A program made the translations under genes and the position numbers. Under the pieces are notes generated by a model. That model was not told the DNA's origin. It did no database searches and worked only from the letters and a program-made list of their open reading frames with translations. A stretch of DNA of 64,000 nucleotides from Hemiscyllium ocellatum (Eukaryota), in assembly GCF_020745735.1 (NCBI RefSeq), contig NC_083424.1, positions 12,324,999 through 12,388,998 on the forward strand, in the 5' to 3' direction. The first letter of the stretch is position 1, and the number at the start of each line of letters is the position of its first letter. Below, one piece after another: positions 37,901-51,232 of this stretch.

Positions 37901-38294
37901 AGCAGGTCTGTACTTTGTGTGGTCCTGGTGGTGGTGGTTTGGGGGCAGAGGAAGAGAAATGGAGTAAGCAAAAGAAAATAGTGATCATTCCTAAATCTGA
38001 TCATTGCGTAGTGACTCTGAGAAAAGGCTGACGTGAGGAAAGGATTATGCAGTCCCAGGCTCCTTGTTCTTTTGATAAGTGAATGGGCAGCTGGAATTCA
38101 TGACAATGGTCCAACATGAACTAACATCTTCCGGAGAAGAAGTAATTAGTTAGAAAAGCAGGATAGGAATAGTGGTTGGGATAACAGACATGTTTCTAAA
38201 CCAAAATAAAAGGGTTAGATGCTTTTAGTTCATCAGCATAGAAATGAGTTACATTTGTTGCTCACAACATATAATACAAATTGTAGCTACATAC

Positions 38295-38394
38295 TTGGAC
38301 TGCAAGAAGCATCTGATAGAACAGCAGTTTGGTCGTTTGTTCTTTAAGTCCTTTTGAGCGGACTACTCTATCAAAAAGCTCGCCACCTTCCATC
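38295..38394 (-). CDS. CHEK2: CHEK2 coding exon 8
   Basis: 100 nt; [33 protein letters not shown]. Confidence 0.96.
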
Positions 38395-38989
38395 CTTAAA
38401 AAAAAGGATTATATTTCTCAAAAAGAATTTATTAACTTTACAAGATAATCTCCAATTCATACCAAAATAAAATTATTTGTAGCATATTACAAAGGGTGCA
38501 AATGAGAAATTATTCAATTGTGTGCAACCATATTTTAATAAGGACACAGATTCAATTGAATTGTAGCTACCGGATATAACTATTCTTGTGTACAAATAAT
38601 CACACCGGGATCATTTGGCAAGTTCAACTGAGATATAATGCTTAATACACAAATTTTGCAGCAAGCATGCTATAATCCCGTTTCCTTTAAGTGAAAATTG
38701 AAATTGGTCAAAAAATTCAAAGCAGAAGCTATAAAAATGCACTGATCATACATCTGAATAACACTTTATGCTAATAGTCATCTCCATTCCATACTTTGTA
38801 ATTTCAGACACATCAGTATTTTTCTATTAATAAGGTAGCCTATTGCAAAATATACCTGGTCTCTTAACACAAGGCAAATTATTTCCATGTCTCTTCTTTC
38901 ATTAATAGCTAAGTTTCTAGAAGGTATTTGATAAAGTGCCATGTCATAGGTTATTTCAGAAAATAAAAGTTCATGCTTTAGGTGATAGA

Positions 38990-40870
38990 ATATAGGCATT
39001 GATGGAACATTGGGTTGCCAATAGGTAGCAAACAGTAGACACAAATGGGTCTTTTTCCAGTTGGCAAAGTATATGTCTGCTGCGTCACAGGGATTAGTGT
39101 TGGAACCTCATCTCTTTACAATATATATGACTTATATGAAGGGACCAAGGGTACGATTGCTAAATTTACTGATGGCACAAAGTAAGGCAGGAAGGTAAGC
39201 TGTGAAGAGAACCAACAGATGCTACATAGGGATACAGATACTTGAGTAGGCAAAGAACTGGCAAAGAGAGTGTAATATGGAAAAGTAAAATTGACTAATT
39301 ACTTTCTAAGAAATTTAAAATAAACTTATTACCTAAATAGTTAAAAGGAATGCAGAGCTCTGCAAAGCAGAGGGATCTGGATGTCCTAGTGTATGGATCA
39401 CAAATGGGAAGTATGCAGGAACAAGGTGCCCTCAGTTAAAGGTGGAGCTGCATTCCTGGAAATTGCAACTTTAAGTGAAACAACTTGCAGTGAATCATGC
39501 TTTCCCAAAGCAACTAATGTTAAAATTAGAGTCAAGTTCCAGAGGACAATTTTTACATAGAGCAGCCAAGTGTTAAAGTTGAAACATTGCACCAGACGTG
39601 TGCAGCACTATACATTCCTGGTTAAAATAGCATGCAAAATAAAACAAGGAAAACTTCAGTGAAAAGAAAGCAGGCTCCATTCTTATAGAGAAATCTTTAA
39701 AATAAATTTACAGTCCTGGCCGAGTGCAAGTTCCTCGACCACTGTGCCTCTATCTGTAAAGTAGAAAATTATTTTAAATAAATAATTGACAGCAGTTCTT
39801 CCATTAGTATAGATAGAAACAGAAATTCTAAAAACTAAGATTGGAAATGAAGTTTACTTCAGCACCCAAGCAGAGAAATTTTTAAACAAACAAAATTTTT
39901 TGACTGTAGGACACAAACAGTTATTGAGCGTGTGGTGCTGGAGAAGCACAGCAGGTCAGGCAGCACCGAGAAGAAGGAGAATCGATGTTTCGGGCATAAG
40001 TCCTTCATCAGGAATCGCCTGCCCTTCAGATGCTGCCTGACCTGCTGTGCTTTTCCAGCACCACACTCCCGACTCTGAAATCCAACATCTGCTGTCCTCA
40101 CTTTTTCCCATAGAAACAGTGGTGTCAGCTCTAGCAGCACAAGTGGGGGTGTATCACTCAAAATGCTTTACACACAATGAAAATAGATATGACCACGAAT
40201 TAAGGAATGTTAAAAGTGGAATGGTACTTTAAATAGGAGAACATTTTAAACATATTAAAGCAAAGACAAGTTTTCAAGAAAATTAAAACGAAGTCTCCCT
40301 CCACAGTAAGTAATGAGGAAAGCTATTAGGATGTTATAATTTATTGCAAGGGAAATTCAATACAAAAAGAGAGAGATGTCATTCAGATATACAGGATACT
40401 AATGAAACCGCAATTGGAAATATTATGTAGAATACTGGTTGCCTTGTTTTAGGAAGGATGTAAATATATTGTAAACAGTTCATAGAAAGTTTACCAAACT
40501 AACACTTTGGAGTGGGAGGCAGTCTGATAAGGAAAGGTTGGATAGGGCTTACTCTCCTGAACTCTACTGGATGCAAGTTATGATTGTTTTGAAGTACAAG
40601 ATCGTGCAAGGTTTTCACAGGGTAAATGTGGAGAGGATGTTTCAACAACTAGGAATCACTGTTTAAAAATTAGAGATCTCAAATTTAACATAGATGAGGC
40701 AATTGTTTTCTCTCAGAATGCTGAGTTGTTAAAAGTCTCTTTTTGAAAAGGTGGCAGAAGCCAAGTCCTTTAAGGAGGTCGTCAGGGATAGATGAATTTT
40801 AGATTATAGTCAGATCAACCATGGTGTTACTGAATGGTGGTGCAATCTCGAAGACAGAATAGCCTCCTCC
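38990..40870 (+). mobile_element. Old CR1 LINE fragments interrupted by other insertions
   Basis: Degenerate VSQGLVLEP..F, KFTDGTK and DLDVLV RT motifs at 39080-39390; decayed 3' half at 40300-40870. Confidence 0.55.
39927..40110. mobile_element. PLE-derived fold-back mini-element with hammerhead core (39980-40015, minus)
   Basis: Minus strand ATTC-CTGATGA-A-GGAC-TTAT-GCCC-GAAAC-ATC-GATT between inverted arms. Confidence 0.75.
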
Positions 40871-41310
40871 TTTTTTTATGTAGTTTTAAACTAAGTTTAC
40901 CTGGGGAGAGGCAATCAACATTAGCAGAAAACAGACTTTTATCAACAGTCTGAAGAGGAAAACAAAAATCATTCCAGCAGTTAAAGTGTTAGTGAAATAC
41001 TCAATAAGTTCACCATTTAGTTTTCTCCCCTGGACCTCCACTACGTTTTTTTTAAATCTTAATTTTGATTTCTCTCCAACTACCCCAAAGATAAAGATAG
41101 ATGGAAGTTATTTCACACATGTATCTGCATGGAATTGATCAGTGCACAAGTATTTCCTTTTAAACTTATCTTTAACTTGCTTAATCCAGATGCCTGTTTA
41201 AATGATCTATAGATTTGTGTCAATTTATTACATTTTAGACCAAAGGAATGTTAACGTCATTAAAATTATTTTAGTTCAACCAATATCATTACAGAAAGAA
41301 ACAGGACAAG

Positions 41311-41829
41311 CAGAGGAACCTCTATTATCCAAACATCAATTATCCGAATATCAGATTATCCAAAGATGTACACAGGTGAGCACTAAACCACCCTTCCCCA
41401 GATAATCTCTTCGATGTTTCCCTGTTCAGGGCAGAGGTGGAACCTGTCAAAAAGTTGTGCGCACCTGTGCTACTTGGAGACTTACCCCACAAAGGCATAC
41501 TGTTGGTGTACAGTATGGCTGCCCCGAAAGGGGTGGGGGGGATAGTCAGGCAAGGTGCAGGGGCGCAAACGGGGGTCGGACGGTGGTGCGGGATTGGAGG
41601 CAGGCGGTGGCGGTGTTGGACGGGATTGGGGTCAGGTGGGGGCGGGGTGGGAGCGTACAGGATTGGGGACGGGCAGGGTCTCACGCACAGTGTGCTTTTG
41701 CCTGGTCTCCTGAATGGCGAGCAGACTTCACAAAAACTCCAACCCCCAGAGGAAATCAATTACCCGAATAATCAATTACCAAACTAAATACTGCCCGCCC
41801 ATCTCGTTCAGATAATCAAGGTTCCTCTG
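41311..41829. mobile_element. Non-autonomous Tc1/mariner-type (pogo/Tigger-like) MITE
   Basis: TIRs CAGAGGAACCTCTATTATC / GATAATCAAGGTTCCTCTG followed by TA; subterminal ATTATCC repeats; G-rich interior. Confidence 0.75.
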
Positions 41830-41883
41830 TATAAAAAAATGCAATTTCCACAGAAGAAAGACCAAAAAAGGTGTAACACTTAC

Positions 41884-41948
41884 AAATCCAGTACAATATA
41901 GAACGAGTCTTCAAAATCAAACACCTCCTCAATTTTGATTATGCAAGG
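41884..41948 (-). CDS. CHEK2: CHEK2 coding exon 7
   Basis: 65 nt; PCIIKIEEVFDFEDSFYIVLD(L). Confidence 0.93.
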
Positions 41949-42029
41949 CTTTAAGAAAAAAATTAACAGTATTTATCAATCAGAAATTAATATTTCAATG
42001 CAATAAAGTAGACACTTTCTGTAACTTAC

Positions 42030-42098
42030 ATGGTCCAATTTCTTCAGAATTTCAACTTCTGTTGCAACATTTGAAGTGGAACACTTTGCAGCAGCATC
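42030..42098 (-). CDS. CHEK2: CHEK2 coding exon 6
   Basis: 69 nt; DAAAKCSTSNVATEVEILKKLDH (alpha-C Glu); followed by an 81-nt intron. Confidence 0.92.
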
Positions 42099-43489
42099 CT
42101 GCAAAGGAACTGAATTTTATTAGAAACTTGAAATAAAACAGTTCAATGAAAACAAGCTTGATTCACGTAGTATGAGAATGGCTAAAATGTTAATTGATTG
42201 ATCAAGACTGTTCAAAGCAGAAATGGTATGAATGAGAGCATCAAAATGAATTGTCATCTGTTCCATCACATGCAAATATTCTGGAATTGCAATTACATTT
42301 GGCAGCCTTTAATATATTAGCATACTCCTCAGTCGGAGCAATTACTTTAGAGCAGGACACACCTCCAGAAAAATGAGTACTACGAGATATACACTGTCCC
42401 GCTCAGGAGATACATTGCATTTAATAGCTTGTGGACAGAGTTTCAGGAGCAAACTAGCAAACAAAAGAATGGCTGAACAATTTTTAGATTGACTTGTACA
42501 CAATGGAGACTGAAAAATTAACAGAATATTTGGCATATTAGTTTACATGAAAACATTCCAAATAGAATTTACAGGTACCTAGATATGTTTGTTAAATCTA
42601 CTATCTGGTAGCTCAAGACTCAAAGCAGTTCACAGCTCTTGTGAAAAGTTCTGATCATTTCATTGTCAGAGCCCTCATGGTCACATACACTGTTGATTCA
42701 ACAAGCACATACACCTGTTACAAATGGAAAAGCATGCATAGAAGAGAATAATTATACGAGATTGTAAAAAAAAAGCTTGTGGTTGATTAAATAAAAAAGG
42801 ATTCTGTTTTCACAATAAATGTTCCTCCATTAGTTATTTAAATACATTTTTTTTTCTAGTGAAAATTGGAAAGGATGCAGCCATCAACTTGGGTAACCAA
42901 CAAGCATGGAGCCAGGAATCTAAATACTTTCTTTCTTGAAGCTTCTGACTTATGTCCCATGTCAAGTTCTGCTCCAAAGGCACTCACTGTTGTTTGTAAA
43001 TGCTATCAAAAGTAAACTAGGCAATGTGGTCATTCTATAGGTATAAGCCTAAACACATGAATGTCTGTTGACATCTCTAAAATGCCCTCATTAAATGCAC
43101 ATCCAATCCCAGAAGCAGAGGACAGCTATATCAACTAATTATTGCCTCGGATGGTATCAACAAATTCAATACATTAAGAGGGAACAAGTCAGACATTTAG
43201 GTATGTGCGACATAATAACACATTGCTATTCATTTAGATGCTGAACATTGGACGAACCTCATTGTTGTTGTGCAATCAGAATTATTACTCTAAATGACAA
43301 GAATAAATGTCCCACTATAAAGCCATGAGACATATTGTAAATTACAAATCTCATTTCAACTTCTCATTTGTGCATACAAACATATAATCTCCAAGTGTGC
43401 GAAAAAAAGATAGAGTAGCAGGTGATAAACTTGGTCATAAAAGACAAATTAAAAACAAAAATCAGTAAAGATCCTCCAACATTTTTAAA

Positions 43490-46400
43490 ATGAATTCATG
43501 GGATGTGGGCATTGCCAATTGGATCATTTTTGCCCATCCTTACCAGCCCTCGAGAAGGTGGTGGTGAGCTGCTTTTTTGAGGTTTATGTGTTGGAATTCC
43601 CATGTAAATGCTGCTTTTTACTTCTAAATGGCAGTCATGGATCTGTAAGGTGTGGTCAAAAGAACTTCAATGAATTTCTGCAGTGCATTTTGAGGATGTA
43701 CAAACTGCTACTACTGTGCACCTGTGGTGAAGGGACTAAATGTGCAACTTACGTCTGTCAAGCAAACTGCTTCAGGTGTCAAGCTTCTTGAATGTTGCTG
43801 AAGCTGCACTCATCCATACAAACGGAGAATACTCCATCACATGCCTGACCAATGCCTTTTAGATAGTGGACAGCCTTTGGGGATTCAGGAAATGAGTTAT
43901 TCACTGCAGGATTTATGCACTCAGACGTGCTCTTCAAGCATCAGTTTAATATGGCTAGTACAGATTGGCTTCCTGTCAATAGTAACACCCAGGATGATGA
44001 TATTGGCATTGCTATTGCTGAATCCGCCACATGACGGTTAGATTATTTCTTGTTGGAGACAGTTAATGCCCAGCACTGGTGGGACCCAGATTTACTTGGC
44101 ACTTATCAGCTCAAACCTAATTACTGTCAAGGTCTTGTTAGATTTGGATATTATTAGTAGAGGAGTCACAAATGTTGCTGAACACTGTGCTGTTATTAAC
44201 AAATGCCCCCCACTTCTGGTTTTATGATGGACGGAAGGTCTTTGGTGAAGGAGGTGAAGCTGGTCCAACCTAGAACAATATCCCAAAGAACCCCTGCAGA
44301 GATCATGGAGCTGAGAGGACTGACATCCAACAATCACAGCCATCTTTCTTTGTTCCAGATTTTACTCCAGCGAACAGAAAATTCTCCTCATAACCTCCCC
44401 TACCCCCACTCCAGTTTTGCTAGGGCTTCTTGATATTGTTCTTGATCAAATACAGCCCTGATGTCAAAGGCACTCAACTTCCACCTCAGCTCTCGAATTC
44501 AGATTTCTTTTATCCACATTTAAACCACGGTGCAAATGAAGTTAGGAGCTGAATGGCCCAGTAAACGGAACATCAGTGAACAGATTATTGCTGAGCAGGA
44601 TGCTATTGGATAGCACTGCTGATTATCCTGCCATCACTCTCCTGATGATCTAGAGAAGACGGATTGGGCTGTAAACAGCTGGGTTGGATTTGTCCTGATT
44701 TGTATGCACTACATAACTGGTCGATTTTCTACCTTGTCAGATAAGTGTTAGTATTGTAGCTGCTTTGGAACAGCTTGGCTAGTGATGAAGCAGGTTTTAG
44801 AGCACATCTTCAGTGTCATTACTGGAATACTGTCAAGGCCCATTGCCTTTGCAAACTAGTGCTTTCAGCCATTTTGTGACATCACATGCAATTGATCAAA
44901 CTGGCCAAAGAACTCCAGATTCTGGAAATCAGAAACAAAATCATAAATTGCAGATAAAGCTCAGCAGATCTGGTAGCATCATAGAGAGAAAGTAGACAAT
45001 GTTTCAGGTCCAGTGACACTCCTTCAGATATTTTATCTACTCATCACATCTGGCTGAATATTGCTGGAAATGCTTCAACCTTATATTTTGCACCAATGTA
45101 TTATGTTCCCCCTTTATTAAGGATGGAGATACTTATGGCATCTTCTCCTCCAGTGAGTTGTTCAATTGTCCACAATCATTCACGACTGTATGTAATCGAA
45201 CTGAATTTAAATTTGATCCATTGTTTGTGGAACTGCTTAGCTCAGTCTGTCACTTGCTGCTTATGCTGTCTGCCCTGCTAGTCCAGATCCGTTGCCTCAC
45301 CAACTGACACTTCATTTTTAGATATTCTTGGCACTGCTCCTGGCATGTCATCTTGCACTTTTCAATAAAGCAGGTTGAACTCCTGGCTTGACAATAATGG
45401 CAGAGCAGGGGATTTTCCAAATCATCAGGTTGCAGATTGTGTTGAAATACAATTATGCTTCTGCTGATAGCCCACAGCACCACTTGGATGCCCAGTTAAG
45501 TTGCTAAACATGCTTGAAGTCCATCATTTAGCATGGTGATAATGTGACACAACAGAACAGAGGAGATCCTCAGTGTGAAGACAGGACTTAGTGTTCACAT
45601 GGGCTGTGCATTGATCAGTCTATCAGGGACACATGCATCTGTGGCAGGCAGATTAGCGAAGATGAAATCAAGTAATTTTTCCCTCTTGTTTACTCCGTCA
45701 CCACCTGATTCAGACTCAAATCTGAATCAAATCAAATTCAGACCCAACAAGCTTGATCAGTCATGTGCTCATGGTGATAGACAATGAAGTCCCTCAGCCA
45801 GAGTACATTCTGCAGCCTTGCCACCTTCAGTGTATCCTGCAAGTGGTGTTCAACATGGATGACTATTCATTCATCAACAGAAGTGGTGGGGTATTACATG
45901 GTGACCAGCAGGAGGCTTCCTTGACCATGTTTGACCTGGGGGCTTCCAGGGGTCCACAATCACTGTTGAGGACTCAAAGGACAACTCTCATTCTGACTGT
46001 ATAAACAACGCTATCACCTCTGCTGAGTTTACCATGTTAGTGCGACAGGACATTCTGGGAAATGATTTGTTTCCCGGAACAGTGTGTGCAAATATACTTG
46101 CACAAATATGACTGTCAAACACAGCAACCTGACTAATCGGAGACATCTTTCTCAACATTGGTATTAGCCCCCAGATATTGAGGATGACAATTTTCATAAT
46201 CAACCAGGCTGAGTTTGGCATTGTGCCTTAGTCAATATTACATGTTTCACCCTGGTTTCATTTTTTTTTAAGACTTTTAAGCATACAACAGAGAGGTTTG
46301 CTAGGCCATTTCACAGGGTAGCTGATAGTCGGCAATATTGCAGAAAACTGTTATCAAATGTAACCAGATGAGTTTTCACAATAATATTTCATGGTCATCA

Positions 46401-46500
46401 TTAGACTTTCAGTCCCAGCTTTTATTGAATTTAAATTCCATCTGCTGCGATGGGTTTCAGACCCAGGTCCCTGAAACATGACCTGGGTCTCTGGATTACC
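43490..46500 (-). mobile_element. Old CR1/L2-like LINE remnant
   Basis: Minus strand near 44230-44300 gives a frameshifted PQGS.LG..F...NDLP RT motif; extensive decay. Confidence 0.55.
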
Positions 46501-46706
46501 AATCCAGCAACAATGTCATCACATCAATACTACCCCAGATTGCATTTAGATGTTTTGGCTCCAACTGAGGTAGTTACTTTTCAGTTGTGGTTTATATATT
46601 GTTTTCTCCTAGAATCACTGATGTAGAAAATTTAACAGTCTTTAGTAGAAGCCCTCACTCTGCTGTAGAGATCTGAATGATATTCCTGAAGCAGGGTTCA
46701 GAACTT

Positions 46707-46953
46707 AATCACAGTATCCCTACAGTGTGGAAGCAGTTTATTTGGCCCATCGAGTCCACACCAACCCTCTAAAGAGCATCTAACCCAGATCCTTGCCCCC
46801 TATAACTCCACAGCCAATCTACCTAATTTGCACATCTTTGGACTGTCGGAAACCGACCCAGGAAGGGGGAGAATGCGCAAATTCCACACAGAATTGAGCC
46901 TGGGGCCCTGGCATCGAGGCAGCAGTGCTAATCACAACCACCATGCAGCCCCA
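46707..46953 (-). mobile_element. HE1/V-SINE-like SINE
   Basis: Reverse complement of the 50314 family (TTAGCACTGCTGCCTC head; CAGTCCAAAGATGTGC core). Confidence 0.7.
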
Positions 46954-47475
46954 ACTCAGATGGAATTAAGGGGAGAAAGGTATAGCAATTCAGCCACCCT
47001 ACTATAATATCATTCCCTGTTGCCCAATCCAAAAGTCTAAAATCCAAAACACAAAGGATATTTTGTGACCTCCTCTCCATGCTGATTGTGTATTTCATAC
47101 AACAAAGATCAACTCTGCCTTGCATAGCCTCTCTTTAGCCATCGTTTCACAGCAAAGATAGTTAATTTTTAATACAGGAAATTACTTTTTGACCAAATAA
47201 TTCCCTCATACCTTGTTGAGAATTCCCTGTCATGTTCTGGACAGAACATCTTCATAATACTAGCTCCCTTCCTACATTCAACCACAGATTCCAACCAGTT
47301 CTCAATGAACTACAAGGTTCAGTACTCACAATGTCTGTTAGAGACAACTGCCAGATTTTAATCCTAAACTTGTTCATCAACAGTTGCAGTCTGTGCTCCT
47401 GGCACTATTTTCACAGCATACTTTGAATAGTGTCCAGATTTCTACTCAGTTTAATAACTTGCATAGTAAGAAGGT

Positions 47476-48450
47476 TTGAAAGTACAACAGGTCATGCAGC
47501 ATCCGAGGAACAGGAGAATAGACATTTCGGGCATAAGCCCTTCATCAGGAATGTGGGGAATGGGGAGAAGGGGGCTGAGTGATATATTGGTGGTGGTGGT
47601 GGGTGGGAGCTGGAAAGGCAATAGGTGTTTGCAGGTAGAGGATGTTGATGATAGGTCAGAGTAGAGGGTGGAACAGACAGGTGGGAAGGTGGAGAGGTGG
47701 GACAGTTCAAGAGGGCAGTGCAGAGTTGGAGGGTTGGATCTGGGATGTGGGGGGGGGGGGGGGGGGGGGGGCAAGAGAAGAGAGTTGAGGAAACTGGTGA
47801 AATAGATGTTGATGCCATGTGGTTGGAGAGAGAGTTGAAGTGGACAGCCACAGGGCGGTAGGGTTGTTGACGCATTGTTCTCAGAAACATTTCACGAGTT
47901 GGTATCCTGCATCCTGTCTCTTCAATGGAGAGGAGACCACAGCAAAAGCAACAGACACAGTACATGAGGTGTAAGGATGCTCATGAACATCTCTGCTGGA
48001 TGTGGAAGGACCCTTTGGGGCCTTGGATACAGCTGAGGGGGGAGGTGTGGGCGCAGGTTTTACACTTTTTGCAGTGGTATGGGAAGGTGTCAGGAATAGA
48101 AGGTTGGTTGGTGGGGTGTGTGGACCTAACAATGGAGTCGCAGAGGGAATGGTCCATGCGGAATACGCATAGGGATGGGGAGAGAAATATACTTCTGGTG
48201 GTGGGGTCTAACTATTGGTGGCAGAAATAGCTGAGGGTGATGTGCTGTGTCTGGAGATTGGTGGGTGGAAGGTGAGGACCAGGAGGGTTCTATTCTTGCT
48301 GCGGTTGGAGTGGTGGGGTTCAAGTGTTGAGGTGCAGGATTTGGAGGAGATGCGCTAGACGGCATTGTTGACCATGAGGGGAAATTGTGGTCCTTGAAGT
48401 AGGAGGCCATCTGGGATGTTCTGGAGTGGAACTGCACCTTCTTGTGGGGA
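47476..48450 (-). mobile_element. Penelope-like (Neptune-like) 3' fragment with hammerhead at 47517-47552
   Basis: SQMASYFKDHNFP, GPKG.FHIQQ, YCVCCFCCGLL.IEETG, PVAVHFNS; then ATTC-CTGATGA-A-GGGC-TTAT-GCCC-GAAAT-GTC. Confidence 0.8.
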
Positions 48451-48616
48451 GTGGGGGGGGGGGGGGGGGGGGGGGGGGGGTGTGCGGTGCGAGGAGACAC
48501 TGCCGAGCCGGAGAAGGCTCCCTCACTTTAATGGTGTGAAACGCCTTTGGCTTCAAAACAAAATACATTTAGATTAGATTACACAGATACTGTGCAATTC
48601 ATTTAGTCATACTTAC

Positions 48617-48725
48617 GCCTCGTTCAGACACAAGTAGTGGAAATTTGGGTTTATGTACAATCTTCACAGCTACTTTCTTGCAGTTTGCCTTTTCAAATGC
48701 CAGCTTCACTTCTCCACAAACACCT
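48617..48725 (-). CDS. CHEK2: CHEK2 coding exon 5
   Basis: 109 nt; [36 protein letters not shown] (Gly loop and VAVK lysine). Confidence 0.96.
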
Positions 48726-49389
48726 CTGCAGCATTAAAAATATTGTAAAATTAGAAATTAATCCAAATTACATATTGAAGCTGCACATAACCCTAAGCTC
48801 TTCCTCATACTGAAGATTATACCTGCTGACAATATAACAATTTGCAAGTGCAATGCTGGGACTCCTTGTCTACATTTTTGAGATGAAAATTGATAAAATT
48901 GGATAGCTCTCTACTTCAATATATGAAGTACTAAACTGAAATAAGAAATTGCAGAGTTAATAATTGGCACCCAGACTTATTAGTAATAAAATCAATTCAA
49001 GAAGAATATACTGTCCATCCTTCATTTTAAATAGTGTAGTTTCACAACAAAGAAAAACTGAGTATTACAGCTCAGAGCTTGTTTACTGTGTATTTCAGTT
49101 TACGCTACTCTGGGAAAAGATCTGTCATCCTGCCTACCCACAGTATGCCCACACAGAATGTAGAAAATCAAACTTGGCTAAACTGTACCAGAAGCACCCA
49201 GAATGCCTCAGCATTGACTAACAAGCTGACAAGTGGAACCAGACAGAACCATTGTCACTCGCAGACAAGGGAATACAGTTCCCAAAACATACTAACAATA
49301 AGCTTCCTGGACCCAGTCAGCACAGCTGTCTCAAAGCCCAAGGCAGTCTGAAAACACAGGAATACCAAAGCCACACAAAGGACAGGTCA

Positions 49390-50290
49390 GAGTTTGAGAG
49401 AAGATTTGTAGCTCAGGCGCTCGTTGTTGTGGTTCTGTTCAGCGAACTGGGAATGTGTTGCAGACGTTTCGTCCCCTGTCTAGGTGACATCCTCAGTGCT
49501 TGGGAGCCTCCTGTGAAGCGCTTCTGTGATGTTTCCTCCGGCATTTAGTGATTTATATCTGCCGCTTCTGGTTGTCAGTTCCAGCTGTCCGCTGCAGTGG
49601 CCAGGTCCAGGTCGACGTGCTTATTGATTGAATCTGTGGATGAATGCCATGCCTTTAGGAATTCCCTGGCTGTACTCTGTTTGGCTTGTCCTATAATAGT
49701 AGTCTTGTCCCAGTCGAACTCATGTTGCTTGTCATCGGAGTGTGTGGCTATTAAGGATAGCTGGTCGTGTCGTTTCGTGGATTTGGAGGAGATGCGCTAG
49801 AGGGCATCAGCTGTCTTCCTGTTTGTCCTATGTAGTGTTTTGTGCAGTCCTTGCATGGGATTTTGTATACTACATTGGTTTTGCTCATGCTGGATATCGG
49901 GTCCTTCGTCCTGGTGAGTTGTTGTCTGAGAGTGGCTGTTGGTTTGTGTGCTGTTATGAATCCTAGTGGTCGCAGTAGTCTGGCTGTCAGTTCGGAAATG
50001 CTCTTGACGTATGGTAGTGTGGCTAGTCCTTTGGGTTGCAGCATGTCCTCGTTCCGTTGTCTTTCCCTTAGGCATGTTGATGAAATTACGTGGGTATCTG
50101 CTTTTGGCGAATACATTGTATAGGTGTTCTTCTTCCTCTTTTTGCAGTTCTGCTGTACTGCAGTGTGTTGAGGCCCTTTTGAATAGTGCCTTGATGCAAC
50201 TTCTTTTGTGTGTGTTGGGGTGGTTGCTTTCGTAGTTCAGGACTTGGTCTGTGTGTGTGGCTTTCCTGTGTACCTGTACACACCACAAAG
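49390..50290 (-). mobile_element. Penelope-like (Poseidon-like) 3' fragment, same family as 26191-26910
   Basis: VHRKATHTDQVLNYESNHP..HKRSCIKALFKRA; VVYKIPCKDCTKHYIGQTGRQL; intact hammerhead in the 3' repeat. Confidence 0.88.
49460..49499 (-). ncRNA. Minimal type I hammerhead ribozyme motif, core intact
   Basis: GCA-CTGAGGA-T-GTCACCT-AGAC-AGGGGAC-GAAAC-GTC-TGC; GUC cleavage triplet; stem I GCA/TGC. Confidence 0.78.
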
Positions 50291-50313
50291 GTTCTGTGTC
50301 AGCCTCATCATTA

Positions 50314-50616
50314 GGGGCGGCACGGTGGCACAGTGGTTAGCACTGCTGCCTCACAGCGCCAGAGACCCGGGTTCAATTCCCGAATCAGGCAACTGACTGT
50401 GTGGAGTTTGTACATTCTCCCTGTGTCTGCGTGGGTTTCCTCCCACAGTCCAAAGATGTGCGGGTCAGGTGAATTGGCCATGCTAAATTGCCCGTAGTGT
50501 TAGGTAAGGGGTAAATGTAGGGGTATGGGTGGGTTGCGCTTCGGCGGGTCGGTGTAGACTTGTTGGGCCGAAGGGCCTGTTTCCACACTAAGTAATCTAA
50601 TCTAATCTAATCTAAT
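50314..50616 (+). mobile_element. Near full-length tRNA-derived SINE (HE1/V-SINE-like)
   Basis: A-box TGGCACAGTGG, B-box GGTTCAATTCC, V-domain-like core, CR1-like 3' end GGGCCGAAGGGCCTGTTTCC and (TAATC)n tail. Confidence 0.85.
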
Positions 50617-51141
50617 TTCTCTTCTAGCGATATCAATTGCAATAAATAGCTTGTCAATTTCACCCAATCTGTCTTGTGGGGTCTCTGCTTTATTGTGCTA
50701 ATTTCTCCAACAGCAACATTAATTTATTCAGTCAATACATTTTCTACTTGATGCTAGATTCGTTTTTTTTCAAATTAGGTGGGGAATAGCATTGAACAAT
50801 TGGAGTTGCATCCCTTATTACCATCCAGGTAACTTTACTAAAAGTGTAGTCAGTTCAGCTGAAATGCTTCTTCCTCCAAAAGGTACCCCATGCAAACTTA
50901 GATCACTTAGATTAATGATCATTTTGGGAAAGTAGAGAGGAATCCGAGAGTTCAGGAAATCTTCAAAAAAGGAAATATTAAACTGCTGCTAATAGAAATA
51001 TCTAAGCACTGCAAAAAATAATGATCTCAACTGGCCTCTTTTCCAGTTGGTTACTGTCTGGTGTTTTCCTAACAATTTTACAGTTGTTGATAAGAATATT
51101 AAAATATTCTAAAGCTTGAATGAAAGATAACTTATACTTAC

Positions 51142-51232
51142 GAGCCAAGAGGTTTTGAAATGATGTATTTATCCCGGAACTCTTTTGGCAAGTTCAATTG
51201 GTCATCAGTTGTGAGGTCAGAAAAGACAAAAA
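51142..51232 (-). CDS. CHEK2: CHEK2 coding exon 4
   Basis: 91 nt; VFVFSDLTTDDQLNLPKEFRDKYIISKPLGS. Confidence 0.95.

Noticed and set aside
41340-41787. Pro/Gly-rich ORFs here and at 51848-52266
   Set aside because: By-products of the G-rich MITE interior.
48453-48480. Long poly-G runs (also ~4420, ~13575, ~47750) as functional elements
   Set aside because: They lie within repeats where C/G tracts expand, and homopolymer length is unreliable in assemblies.
50314-50390. tRNA gene
   Set aside because: A and B boxes run directly into a SINE body with other copies in the window; it is a SINE head.
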